The notes under the pieces: model-generated
Told to the model about the DNA's origin: nothing
Seen by the model: only the letters and a program-made list of their open reading frames with translations
Databases searched by the model: none
Made by a program: the position numbers and the translations under genes
Part shown: positions 25,732-38,175 of the stretch, piece by piece
Position numbering within the stretch: position 1 is the stretch's first letter
Layout of the letters: each line of letters starts with the position of its first letter
Origin: an uncultured virus (IMG/VR IMGVR_UViG_3300033121_001188)
Lineage: Duplodnaviria > Heunggongvirae > Uroviricota > Caudoviricetes
DNA length: 64,000 bases
Reading direction: 5' to 3' (one strand)
Virus record (IMG/VR): IMGVR_UViG_3300033121_001188

Positions 25732-26439
25732 ATGAATAAATGTGTAGTTACTGAATGTGTGAACCTCGCAAAGATAAAGGGTCTTTGTAATGCTCATTAC
25801 ATTAGAAAACTAAGAAGATGAACAACAGATAGATATATTCACGTTCTTGTTTTTAAGAAATGTTGAGTAGCCAATTGTGAGTTAAAAGTTAAAGCACGTT
25901 GATACTGTACATTGCATTACGAGCGTTTTCTTTACTGAAGGACTATCGACTCTCCGATAAGAACAACTTACCGCCCAGCAACTATTGAATGAGATATAGC
26001 TAAGATACCATTATGAGTTTGAGCGAAAGACTGATATGCTATTGTAGATAAAGAGTTTGCGTGTTTAGATAAATATAAGCGATCTATTTCACAGGGTTAT
26101 GCACAGACCAAAGTAGATTGAGAACCCATAACTATGCACACTATGATAAAAGGCAAGGCGCCCAAGTGACTCGTTACAGACCACATAAATAGAGATAAGT
26201 TAGATAACAGACTGTGCAACTTAAGACATTGTTCGTACTCGTTAAATACAGTTAATAAATGATTGCCATCCAATAACACAACATGATGCAAGGGTGTATA
26301 TTTGCATAAAGCCACCTGACATTATTATGCAGTTATAAGACGTAATTGTGTCTTATATTATATATGAACATTCCTCTCCTTGCAAGAAGCGATAGAAGCT
26401 AGATTAAAAGCAGAAAAGATTTATAATCCCCATTGATAA
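25732..26439 (+). CDS. HNH homing endonuclease with two N-terminal Zn-binding repeats and a C-terminal AP2-like domain
   Basis: CxxxxC..GLCNAHY-type repeat twice; DHINRDKLDNRLCNLR; NNTTGCKGV..IGTF..EAIEARLKAE. Confidence 0.88.
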
Positions 26440-26440
26440 T

Positions 26441-26782
26441 ATGTTAACAATCTTCAGCGGTATTATACTCACAACATGATCCTGACTGATGCCTAGCACA
26501 CAGGCTCAGACTATTCTTGATACTCAAGAATGACTAGTGATACAATCTTGATGTAATACCTATATAGCAGGACATGATTTTAAGCCCCTATGAGATAAGA
26601 TAACCTGATTACATATCGGTGACAGGGTAAGCGTAGGAAGTTGTAAGTACAAGATAGTACGTAGAAGAGTAGTATATAGGGAATTAGTACCAATGTCTTA
26701 CTTCATTCAACACAATAAGTTATTTTTACAAACCTGTTATGGTGATAAGATATTGATTGTAGAGGGTAAGAGGCTGAAGTAA
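26441..26782 (+). CDS. Sortase-like protein
   Basis: NTYIAGH..LHIGDRV..YKIV..LFLQTC..ILIVEG. Confidence 0.55.
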
Positions 26783-26805
26783 TTTATTAAATAACTGCCA
26801 AAACT

Positions 26806-27051
26806 ATGTCAATTGAAACAAACGTGAGTCATGAAGAACTTTTAGCTATATACGGTAAGTATATGAGAGATAAGGTTGAAGAAAAAGTAAAAGAATTAGA
26901 AAAGGAAGCTATAGCTAAAATGACAGCAGACTTAGCATTCTTCACGCAAGAGATAATCGGTCAAATACATGTAGACCCGTTAGATGATGGTAGACATATA
27001 AGTGTGACAATGAGGATGCCAGATTACATCCTGAAATCGCTTGACAGATAG
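26806..27051 (+). CDS. Hypothetical protein
   Basis: 81 aa track ORF. Confidence 0.6.
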   Translation: MSIETNVSHEELLAIYGKYMRDKVEEKVKELEKEAIAKMTADLAFFTQEIIGQIHVDPLDDGRHISVTMRMPDYILKSLDR

Positions 27052-27131
27052 TTATATATTGATTGTAGAACGAAAGAGAGTGAAATAATTTGCCAATAAA
27101 AGCATCAGACTATTTATAATAAATTATACAC

Positions 27132-27431
27132 ATGAAAATACGATTAGATGACGTAAGATTTCCACCAGATGAGCATCGGGAAGAAGCAAGAACGCCAATG
27201 GATTTCTATAGACTAATTACCAAAAATATAGAACTAGTAACACAGGTCTCATTTGATCATGATTTATGAGTAGAACTAACATGATATGATTGCTTGGACT
27301 GGATGCTAAAAACATATAGGTTAGCATGAATAAAACCACCAGCCATAAAACTTCACACAGCTAATCCAGTATGAGAAGACAGGATGAACAGACTGCTGGA
27401 CGAACGATGAGACAAGATTATTAGACTATAA
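27132..27431 (+). CDS. Cyclic-phosphate-processing receiver (cREC)-like domain protein
   Basis: KIWLDDVRFPP..W..SFDHDLG..TGYDCLDW..HTANPVG..RM. Confidence 0.8.
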
Positions 27432-27467
27432 TTATAATAACTAATTTACAAAATAAATCATAAACAC

Positions 27468-27896
27468 ATGACAGGACTATCTGCACAAATGTACGGAGAT
27501 CTAAAAACTATTGCCATAAATCTAAGCGCAATATTCACAGAAAAACTTGCACCAGCAATCAATAGCGGAGCAGTTATAACAAAGGATTATGTACTTGATC
27601 TGTTCGGCAGATATATACAGTATTCTATAACGCTAGATATAATTACGATATTGTGAATTATAGCGCTTTTTGCTTTCTTGCCCTCATGGCGAAAGAAAGT
27701 ACAAGCATTTGATAAAACAAACCCAGAAGACGACGGGTGAGCAATTGTACTTTTTATTATTTTTGCTGTTTTTTCTGTGTTTGTGTGAACGTTTGTTTTA
27801 TGACACACTATTGAACATCTTGCCCAAAGCATATTTATACCAGAGCTAACCATATATGAGAAAATAGTAGAGCTGAAGGAGCAGAAGAGCCAGTAG
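27468..27896 (+). CDS. Membrane protein
   Basis: Two hydrophobic segments after TGA readthrough. Confidence 0.6.
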
Positions 27897-28552
27897 TATT
27901 ATAAATTATATATTAGTAATTCTATACCAACTGCCATGCATAAACTAAACGAAATATTGCAATATATAAGGGAAATAAAAAAAGTTGCTACTGTGCATGG
28001 TCTGAACATGAGCCCAATAATATTGGACTTTTCTGGTTGATTACAGCATACTAAGGTAAAGACATACTGAATAAATGTACTCGTAGACAACGCCATGGCA
28101 AAACAGATAAAAAATATTACAAAGCCCATGCTGTTGCCAATAAGCGCAGAGGAGAGAGTAGACACACTAATTGCCGATATTACAAAGTAATTTAATTATA
28201 ATAATACAACAACACATGAAAGTAAATTGGAAAGAGTTATTTATTGCGGTTGGGGTGTATGGGTTTTTTTATGTTGTTTATAAACTTATCGGCTTCGAGG
28301 CGCTTACTGTCCTTCTTTTAACAAGCATAGTGTGGAAACTATCGTTACCGATCCAAGCTAAAAAACAGGTCGTGTCAAAAGAAAACGAACTGACTGATAT
28401 GCTGCTTGATGTTATTGACCATCCAAACGACTATCCTATGCTTGACCTAGAGTACGATATTCGACCAGACTGAAGCATTACAGAGATTGTGATAAGGGTA
28501 AAAGAAAAATAGGATAACACAAGCGACGATACGGATACAGCACATTAATAAT

Positions 28553-28653
28553 GGTTGATGTAGCTCAGTAGTAGAGCAATGCAAAAAGGTATCGGGGTTT
28601 TCAAACTTCTTCCCATTAGCAAGTGTTGCAGGTTCGAGCCCTGTCATCAACCA
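28553..28653 (+). tRNA. tRNA-like RNA with an enlarged anticodon arm (identity unresolved)
   Basis: GGTTGATG/CATCAACC acceptor, D arm GCTC-AGTAGTA-GAGC, T arm GCAGG-TTCGAGC-CCTGT; about 36 nt between TGC and GCA. Confidence 0.7.
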
Positions 28654-29022
28654 ATAAACTATATTATGTATAAATATTTATTATCAAAAAATACATGCAT
28701 CGATTCTGGGCACTGTTACTATGATTATTTGTTTGAGCATATATTGGCATACTTTCTGCGCTAGGTGCATACTACGACATGAGAATGCAATACTGGGATT
28801 GTCAAATACAGTATAGTAATCGCATAGAATTTCAGTCATGATTTGCAGAACGGCTTTTCCAAAAGTAAACATTTATCCTATACGTAGCTATGGAATATAA
28901 TTATTATAACACAAACTCTTTTGTCAAGCTTATGCAGTATGCAAAGAATCTAATAATTACCTATTGCAAATGGTATTTTTTTGTTTATACTGATAACATA
29001 TATTTATATCTCGAGCAGTCCA

Positions 29023-31080
29023 ATGTTCCATCCTATTCACATCAACACAACTAGTTCAAATCAGCACAACAGCACTCATTATGTATTTGTACTAGATAAC
29101 TCATGATCAATGAGCTGATCAGTCTCTCAAATGAGGACTGACCTCAAAAACAAATTGTCTACACTAGTAAAGCCAAAAGACTTGGTTACAATATTAACAT
29201 TCTCATCTGCATGAGACGTTAGGACAGTTGTTGCTGGTTGGGATATATCTGATGTTAGTAACGATACAAACATACTACATAAAGCAATCGATGAACATGT
29301 ATCAGCAAGAAGTCTCACGTGTTTCGATGAAGCACTCGATCTTGCATGTAAACTAATTAGCTGATATAGTCAATATAATACATCTGTATTGTTTTTGACA
29401 GACGGTTATCATAATAACTGATGATCTAGAAAAACGGTTATAGACATTGTTACAGCACTGTCTAAACTTGCAAATAACTTTACTGTTGCGGAATATGGAA
29501 CATACTGTGACCATTCTTTTTTGTGCGACATGGTTGAGGCAGCTGCGCAACACACTGTGTCTAATCTCATATTCCAAGAGAACGTTAGATATTTTGAACC
29601 AGTATTAGATTCTTTCACAAGCTGAAAGGTATTTTCAAATTTGAGAGTAGAGATCGATGTTCCTAATTCAAATATTCCATTTGTGTTTGCGTGAGAACAG
29701 AGATTTAACGTTGTAAATTGAAAGGCAATAGTCCCAGCAGACATTTGATGCGTATACGGTTTTAATCTTTATGAACCATTGCAAACAGAGGAAGATACAG
29801 ATCGTCTATATGCTTTGTGTTTCCACCTAGCACAAACAAGATCCATTGATCTTCTATACCAAGCCATAGAAAAACTTGGAGATATGTTCTTATGAGAGAT
29901 CGTTTGTAATTCGTTTGGAGTTGAATTCACAAGAGCAACAGAATATATCCGTCAATGCATCACTGACAAGTCGCTAAGACGAAAGAAATGATCTCAACCA
30001 CAATGAGCAGTGCCAGCTCCAGATGCTTTCTGCGTATTAGATCTCTTATCACTGCTGCAGGATGGAGATTGTATGCTTTTCCCATGACATAAAGACTTTT
30101 CATATAATGTTATCAGCAGGAAAAAAGTACAACGTTCTACACTATGAGAAGACGGACAACAGCCATATGAGCTAAAGTTTGTAAACAGCGATCCAGACAA
30201 GGGCTATTCATTAAAAGACTTGGTATGGAAAAAGGACAGAGCAAATATCTCTATATCTATTACTTATAGAGGGTCTGTTGACGTATCACACGTGCCATGA
30301 AATACTTACTGAATATCAGAAGTACCAACATATACTGTTAGAAATTATGCTATCATTGCAGACGGTAGGAAAAATATTACTACTCTACCAGTTTCTGTTG
30401 ACTTCGCTACGTACAAAATACTGTTTGAAGAATGAGTAATATCTGATGTCAATTTTGAGGAATGAAAGATATTCACTATAGACATTTCGAATATTCCAGT
30501 TATAAATAGGCAGATGGTGGCAGAGGTATCGGCAGCCAAATTAGCAGCACTATCTGTTGACGAACTAAAACTGCAAGCAGGTAGTAAGGTCATTAAATAC
30601 TTGCTAAAACAAAGATGAATAGAAAAAGAAAACCCATACGAAAAAATATATAGTGAAGAGGTTACAAGTTGGCTGAAGTCTATTTGATTTGATCATAATG
30701 GATTTAATCCAAAAATGGTTGGTCAAGAATCTACAGACTATTATGTTGCCCAAGTTGTTAATTGTAAAATAGCAAAATTCAGTTCGCTGCCAAAGGTAGA
30801 AGAATGTATTAGTAAGTGATGAACGCCGTCTAAGGATATGATCCATGCGTTGTATAATATGGCATCTGCATTGACCGATGAGGAACTCAAACAAGGCGCA
30901 GAAATCATAGAAGACAGCAGAAAAAAGATACAAAAACAAATAGCGACTATGACGTTCTCTCTTATCGTTGGTCAGAATTGATTCTCGGACTATGCTGAGT
31001 GAGACGCGGTAAGCATTGTTAAAGACGGCGAAACATTCAATGTATCCATAGAGGTTGAGGAAGAAAACATTATTATATAA
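29023..31080 (+). CDS. Large vWA-domain protein, 685 aa
   Basis: FVLDNSGSMS (MIDAS), LTCF, LFLTDGY; upstream TTGCAA-N16-TATACT. Confidence 0.8.
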
Positions 31081-31089
31081 TAAAAACAT

Positions 31090-32091
31090 ATGTCTTATAG
31101 ATTATCGGCAAGCACAATCAAATATATCAATAGCGATATATACAAGTTTATCATAAAGTTTACGGAGTACTATACAGATGTAGAGGAGTTCAGCGAGCAC
31201 CTCGTCCTGTGACATGCTTTACATAAAATAGCAGAGCATTATAACAAGACATGAATAGTGTCAGCAGAAGAATGAGAGAAAGATGCGATGGAGTCTTTGT
31301 CAAAATATGAAGAATGAGTAGACTATACGCAGGCGCACATTGATGCTATCCTGTCTGGCATAAAATACTGAGCAGAGAATATTGCGCTCAATCTTGATAA
31401 TATCACGATATGAATGGCAGAGCTCCTTATCACTCTTGATACGGTTGCAAAAGACGTTCCATTTGTGTGATATATAGACAAGCTAGACAAGATAAACAAC
31501 ATTATAGAAGATTACAAGTTTGTCGGCAAGCCGTATATCTGCGCAAACTGAATGTTTGATCCAGTGCCATGATATATTATCCAGATGCTGTTGTATGGAT
31601 TGTGGTACCACAAAGAGTTCAAGACTTATCCTACTGTTAGAGTTGTAGAGATCCTAAAATGAGACACACTGATCGCGGAAGCATGATACCTTAAAAAGGA
31701 TTTTATTCTTGGGTTATGCCCAAAAGACGCTAATGCCAAACTTACTAGAGAGAAGTTGATCGAAACATACAGCCCACGTCTTTGTTGATGTACAGTCATA
31801 GAGCGAACAATAAACGATGATATGCTTAACTTAGCATCTGATATACTGGACGCATCAGCAAAGGTAGTAGAAAAAATATTACAAAAGGACGTTGCATGAT
31901 TGAAACCATTTGTCAATGACGCCAAGAGGGCCATCAACAAAGCATGTGAATACTTCTGACAAAGATCTATAATACCAGAACGAAATAATAAATCATTTAC
32001 AACCAATAAAATTGAATGAGCTACAAAACAGCCCTTATCTGACCAGCAGATAGATTCCCCCAAAGAATCAATACAGGGAAGTTTGTTCTAA
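31090..32091 (+). CDS. PD-(D/E)XK (RecB/Cas4-like) nuclease
   Basis: LSASTI, LGHALH, GYIDKL, IEDYK, QMLLY. Confidence 0.8.
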
Positions 32092-32304
32092 TACAGGAGG
32101 AAGAAGATATACGCGGACGAAAGTTTGACGAAGTGCTCTATAACTACTGAGGCCTATCACCAGAAGAAACTCGCGCATATTATGACCTGCATACGAAGGT
32201 AGTCAAACTGAATAAAAAATATATACAAAGAAAAAAAGCGCTAAAATCTCTTGCAAATCAATAGTAAATCCATATCATTATGGTGTTTTATTTCATAATA
32301 ATAC

Positions 32305-33573
32305 ATGAATCAAAAAAAATGCTGTGTATGCCAGCAATTCAAAGAAAAAACTCCACAAAACTTCTATTTCTTCAAAGACAAGAGAGACGGAAGAATGTAC
32401 GCGCAGAGTAGATGCAAAAGTTGTGAGTCAGATTATAAAGCCAAGAAAAAGATGGCACCATTGACTGATCAACCAGACACAGAACAACTAACAACAACGG
32501 AAGAGAATGGCGTTTATGAAATAAAGTATCACTGAGAAAATTTGAAGACCAAAGCAGAGTTTCTAGCACACATTAACTTTGACCCGAGCATCTCTGAAGA
32601 GACGTTCTATCAATGCAACGTAAGAGAAGTATTACTTAGGACTGGCAAAAACGAGTCTATGCTCGTTAAAAAGTACGATCACTTGTTCAAAACAAAACCC
32701 AGAACAACCCCATGATTATCACAAGCAGATCTTGAACAAATACTAGTCGACACATGTAAACGCGTAGCCGTAAAACGCCCATTAAAACAACGCAACCAAC
32801 AAATAAACAGCCTTATGATGGAATTTGGATTATATGACTTCCATTTGAATAAATATTGTAGCGAAAGCGAAACTTGACAAAGACGAGATCTAGAAACAGC
32901 TGAAAGAGTTTGGCACGAAGCAACCATGCAATGTATTACATATGCACTTGCACACAATCTAGAGCAGATAGTTTATGTGGTAGGAAACGACTTCTTCCAC
33001 GTAGATTGAATGAATAATGCGACAACAGCATGAACTAGACAAGACGTATCTGGTATGCGAAAAGAAGCATACAAACTATGACTAAAACTACAGAAGCAAA
33101 CGATTGACGCGCTTAGTGACATTGCTCCAGTAAAAGTTATCGTTGTTCCGTGAAACCACGACTCCCAATTAACGCGGACACTTGGAATAGCACTGAATGC
33201 CATATACTGTATGGACGATAATGTAGAGGTTGACGCATGAGATAGTGTACGTAAGTACTACAAGTGGTGAGATAATATGTTTATATATGCTCACTGAGAT
33301 AGAGAGAAGCCAGAAAAACTGCTACCGTTAGCGGCCACAGAGCAGCCAATGATGCGGGCAACAAGCAAATACAGGACCGCGAGACTATGACATTACCACA
33401 GCGGTAAGCAAATTGATGTTTACTGATTAGATGTGGAGTATATGAGAAGTATGACAGCGACAGATAGTTGGCACGCCGCCAATGGATATATAGGAAATAT
33501 TAGATCTGGTAAAGCCGTACTATGGAAAAAGGAATGAGGCAAATATACAGAATTTTATATATATAATCAATAG
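32305..33573 (+). CDS. Metallophosphoesterase with N-terminal Zn ribbon
   Basis: CCVC..RCKSC; DFH, GNDFFH, PGNHD, AHGD, GHYH, DSWH. Confidence 0.85.
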
Positions 33574-33575
33574 GC

Positions 33576-33884
33576 ATGAAAAAAATTGCATATGTTATGA
33601 TAGCGGCATGTATGATTCTATTGCTTGCTTGATGCGGTCAGATAATGACGCATGAGCAACTGATAGCGCAGTGTAAAAATACACCAGTCACAGGAGAAGA
33701 TAATATAAGGAAGTATTACAATGACCTCGCCCAACGTGAAATTGAGCAAGAGAGGCTCAACGCATGTTGAATAGCTCTTTCTTGAGAGGCTAAACAGATT
33801 GACACAAAAACAAAAGCGACTATCAAGGCAATCAAGGATTTTCGCTCGACGGGGACGGTCGCGAAACAACCATCAGTGCAGTAG
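33576..33884 (+). CDS. Lipoprotein (zero-frame product)
   Basis: MKK, hydrophobic core, LLAGC lipobox (Gly encoded by TGA). Confidence 0.7.
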
Positions 33885-34831
33885 AGCAAGAACTACGGAC
33901 AGATGATGACAAAGCAACTGCAACTAGACTAGAAAAAGCAGACGCGCTTACACGGGTAGAGTACTTCAACAGCACTAGTTGAGCCAAGTACCAGCTTTGA
34001 GCAAAAGACCCAATGAAGAAAAAGATAGACTGTAGCGGGCTGATATGATATTATATGCGGAAGAAGGGTAAGCTTAGTATGTATGAAGTCTTGTATAAGG
34101 CTAATGCAAAGTTGTTATTTGATGCACATAACTCTAACCCAACTAGATTTCCGCCGCAAGCAGGAGACATGGTATTCTTCAGAGCGCAAGGAAACTATCC
34201 TAACCATATATGAGTAGTTAGATCAGTTGTAACACAAAAGGATAAGTGACACATGTTATCATTGCGAGACGCATCGGCAAATGCTGGCGCAAAAGAACGC
34301 ACCATTATCATCGAATATAAAAACAAAACCAATTTGTACTGCGTGGAATCGTATTGCTATACTGTGTTCTATAAAAAGTTTTTGTCACCATCCGAGTTGT
34401 GATTGAAGAAGTCATCAACTGCAGCATATGCATACGAAGAACTACCAGATACCATAGCAGTTACGCATTATAATCTATGAGTGACTGGGCAAAACGATCT
34501 ATCGCCGTGCTACTGAGCGCTGGTTTGAGCTAACTTATGCAAACTTGCAATAGATTGATTGACCAGACCAATAGCACTTACAACTGATTATAGGACCAAA
34601 TATGGGATCAAAGCGCGAGACAAGATTGTACTTGTTTGAGATGCTTGATGCGCATGAACATACACAGTTCTGGATAATATGAACAAAAGATATACCGAAT
34701 CGTGCCGCACTAAGTATGGATATTGTATAAAAGCAGACATATGATTACCAGCATGAGTTCATACAAACAATGGAACCAATGCTTGATGAGCTTGTAAAAT
34801 TGTATCAATAATAAAGCACAAATGAAAATAG
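33836..34831 (+). CDS. NlpC/P60 plus 3D-domain cell-wall hydrolase in the -1 frame, probably reached by frameshift
   Basis: YQLGA..IDCSGL..AGDMVFF..HIGVV; THYN..QND..PC..VLDNMNKRY; no start codon before the domain. Confidence 0.75.
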
Positions 34832-35246
34832 GAGTATTCTGAGAAGCAGTGAAGGATTGAGAGACACAGGTGTTCTATGTAGATGCACACGACTACGATT
34901 CTTATATAGCAAGGAAAAGGTTTGATTCTATTATCAAAATAAAGATAGAATTTGTGGTTGACGATTGCTTCGAAATATTGAAAATGCAACACCCATCCAC
35001 TATAGTGAGCACTATATATAAAATATTATCTGAATGATATTTACACACTAATTAGAAATATGATATTAGGCTTTTTTAACATTCTACTGTGAATAATTGC
35101 TATTGTGTGTGCTGGAGCTATTTTGCCGTCAGAAGGTGAAGCAGATCAGATGAGAACAGATCATTTTATTATAATCGTTATTGTGGCTATATTCCTAGCC
35201 TGTATTTGAATATTTTATATTGGTAATACCTTAGCCTCCGCATAAC

Positions 35247-35512
35247 ATGCTATACGAATCACGCTTTAGAGAGTATATCACAACGCTTTTCGATATGTCG
35301 TTAGCAGAAGATGCCATCGATCATCTAGAGGAATGCCGCTTTACGCAAGAAGATATTATAATGGCGAGCATGATACTAGCCACCGTTGCTGGTAACTATG
35401 CATTTTATAACCGCACCAACGATAAAAAAGACGCGCATATGTTTTGAGATGGCCTCAATAAACTTATCCAAGCATTTTGCTGATTTGATACCAAGTTATT
35501 TTATAAATAATA
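35247..35512 (+). CDS. Hypothetical protein
   Basis: Track ORF extended through TGA; end approximate. Confidence 0.5.
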
Positions 35513-35934
35513 AAAAACATGCGTTTAGCATTTATGATTATTTTTGTTGTGTTATGTGCTATAATAGACTGACTGCGTCAGCTTAGTAAAAGAAGTATCA
35601 AATGAGTGCTGATTTTTACCAGCTCTGGTCAATTGATTATATTCGCTCTATTGGTATTGGCATTAGTTTTTGCATGGTTTGATAAATAACATGATAATAT
35701 TCAATAAAGACTTAGTGAGCGTAGATCATAGTCCTAAGGTTACTAAGATATACAACGGCAACCAACAAACGGTAGATGTAACTTTTATTTATAGGCGGAC
35801 GGACACGGAATCCATGGACGACATGTCCTCTGCCCAAGAGATACAATTAGCATCGTGAGAGGGAAGAGAGATATTGCATAGCATTTCTCCAGATGACATA
35901 TACGTGTCATTCAAAAGAACCTATTCACTATTAT

Positions 35935-35958
35935 AAAAAAATAGCTCATGGCTATTTT
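35935..35958. terminator. Bidirectional terminator at the early/late convergence
   Basis: AAAATAGC-TCATG-GCTATTTT between converging gene blocks. Confidence 0.65.
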
Positions 35959-36377
35959 CTAAAGAATCTCAATATAACTCTATCTTTCCAAGTATAATAA
36001 CGAAGTCTTATGGCGTCGTTTTTTGTTCATGTTGAGCTTCCCTTTTCTCCGTTTTGTTCCATAAGCCAATACCCCTCTGCGTCTGCTTTGTGTACCACTC
36101 ACACATGTCAATATTTATTTCATGGAAATGCATCTTGGATAAGTATGTCACCTTGCATAAGGTCTCTTCATGGTCACGGCAAGATTATCTTTGTTCATGG
36201 AAATGTTGATTGGTTAGCGTTCTTTGCGGCTCAATTGAAGCTTCATGGCTTTATCCTCCATACGCTATCGGCATATGCTTTTGCAAGATCCACACATTGC
36301 CAAGGATCTCATCAGTCATATTCTATCCTATCACATAAATATTTAAGCAGGAAAGAATTGTGTGTTAATTTTTTCAT
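35952..36377 (-). CDS. CHAP-domain endolysin
   Basis: DGG..WQCVDL, QGDILI, YGHVGVV, MEQNG. Confidence 0.85.
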
Positions 36378-36916
36378 AGTCTTTTTGTTTTGTAAATAAC
36401 ATATGATTTGTCCGCGAAGAGTTTTATTTTTACTTCCTCTCGTACTTTGAAGCTAAGGGTGAATATATTTGAACCAGATCTTCTCGGATCTGATGCATAA
36501 TTATCTATCACGATGATTACGTCGCCGTCAGAAGTGATAGTTACCGCATGTCATCATCTAGTTTTATCGTTAGAGACACGGTCTCGCACACCGTCTGATA
36601 CAACGTCAGCGAAGATGTCGTCATTGAACCTGAATCATGCGCAGGCATACTTTCACCTGCATATTTCATTTTTTAACAGTTCTGAAGCGGTATCTACAAC
36701 CTTGTATGTGATATTTAGGAATTTTTTATTCCATAATATCTTGACTTTTGGTAATAATGATTTAACTAATATTCCATTATCTTGGAGTCATAGCTCTGAT
36801 ACAAATTCATCGATCTGATCTTGGGTAAGTTTTACTCAGGTCGTGTTCGAAAAAGCTGTCAATATACTGTATAGTCAGCAGAGATTCTTTGTCTGTTGGT
36901 ATTGTATAAATGCCAT
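36365..36916 (-). CDS. Papain-like (C39/C1-like) cysteine peptidase
   Basis: QQTKNLCGLYS..GGHAVTI..IDNY. Confidence 0.6.
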
Positions 36917-37119
36917 GCGTTGTTATAGATAAGATGAAGGATGACGTTTTCATGGAGCTGGAGGATAATCGCTTATTCTATGTCCATTATCGTCATATAA
37001 CGTAAGTATCTTTCTTATTTCCAATACAATTATATTTGGAGACTTCTCTAAGAATCACCAATCGATAATATCCATTAAACTAGATACAAGCTCTTGGCTA
37101 TCTTTTAACTCTTCTGGGG

Positions 37120-38148
37120 TTAGTTGTAATATTCCTTTATCTTTCATGCTGTTTTATCATATAATTTACCAATGAGCTTTCACTTTTTATCTGAGAACTT
37201 ATTTCTTTCCCAATCGGATTGCACTGCCGTACTTGCTATTGTGTCAACTTCCACAGGGCCATACTGTTGCACGCTTCTTTCGTGAAAGTGTCATCTGGTA
37301 TGGTAGTTGTATTTACCAAGTCAGTTCTCGTTAGCAAATACTTTTAATATTTCCTTTTCTCTCTCTCCGTCCCCATGCGAGAATCAAAGATTTGTGTTTC
37401 ACCATTTGTAGTATTTACGTGGTTTATCTGAATTGTCTATCGTGACATTTGGTGTGTTTGCGAAGTATAGATCTACTGCCTCTCACATCTGGCTTAATAT
37501 GTTACGGTCGTGGTTTCATCAGATAATAAATACATCTGTTGGTAGTTCTGAAGACAGCGTTTTTATCAGCTCTAAGTGGAACCTCAATCAGTTTGCGAAC
37601 ATTGTCTTTGCATCAATGCTATTATGTTGAGCGTTCTTCCCGCTTGTTGTATACCCGTTGCTTTCACTATTAAAAAAATCTCACAGCTGGCAAAGCAGGA
37701 GCTTGTCTGGTTTTGATTTCAACAGCAATTCAAATAATTGCAATGTTCTATCTTGTATAGATTGTAGGTACTTAGAATGGTTTTTTTCCTCTACGCGTCA
37801 AAAATGTGTATCAGCGAGACTAATCTGAGCCAATAACGGTCCATTCTTGTACGTTGGTCATGTTAGCGTTGGTATCTTTGAACCGAAAACCTTCTGTAAC
37901 GCCTGTTTATATTCTCCCACAAGAGGACTTATTGGCTTGAATTCCCCTTTTACTTGGTGCAGTTGGTTTATTTCTGTAGTTCAGTCCTTTTTGTTAATAG
38001 CAACTTCCCGTACGTTTGCTGTCATATTGATCAGCTCGTATAGGTCTTTTGAAAGGCCATGTAAACCCATTAAATCATCAATCGTTATAACTCTGTTTCA
38101 CTTTTCACTTACAACGGATATTGTACCGTATTCTTTTTTTACGGGCAT
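37120..38148 (-). CDS. Metallophosphoesterase (same family as 32305-33573)
   Basis: ADTHFG, GDFFN, GGNHD, SHGD, GHFH. Confidence 0.82.
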
Positions 38149-38175
38149 TGTGATATAGATTTAATGGTAAATACG

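Noticed and set aside
31090..32091. Cas4 of a CRISPR system
   Set aside because: No four-Cys cluster pattern recognised and no other cas genes; generic phage PD-(D/E)XK nuclease.
32089..32096. Extra late-motif copies (TAATACAG at 32089, TAATGCAG at 1550)
   Set aside because: Lack the conserved preceding A and have no minus-strand gene downstream.
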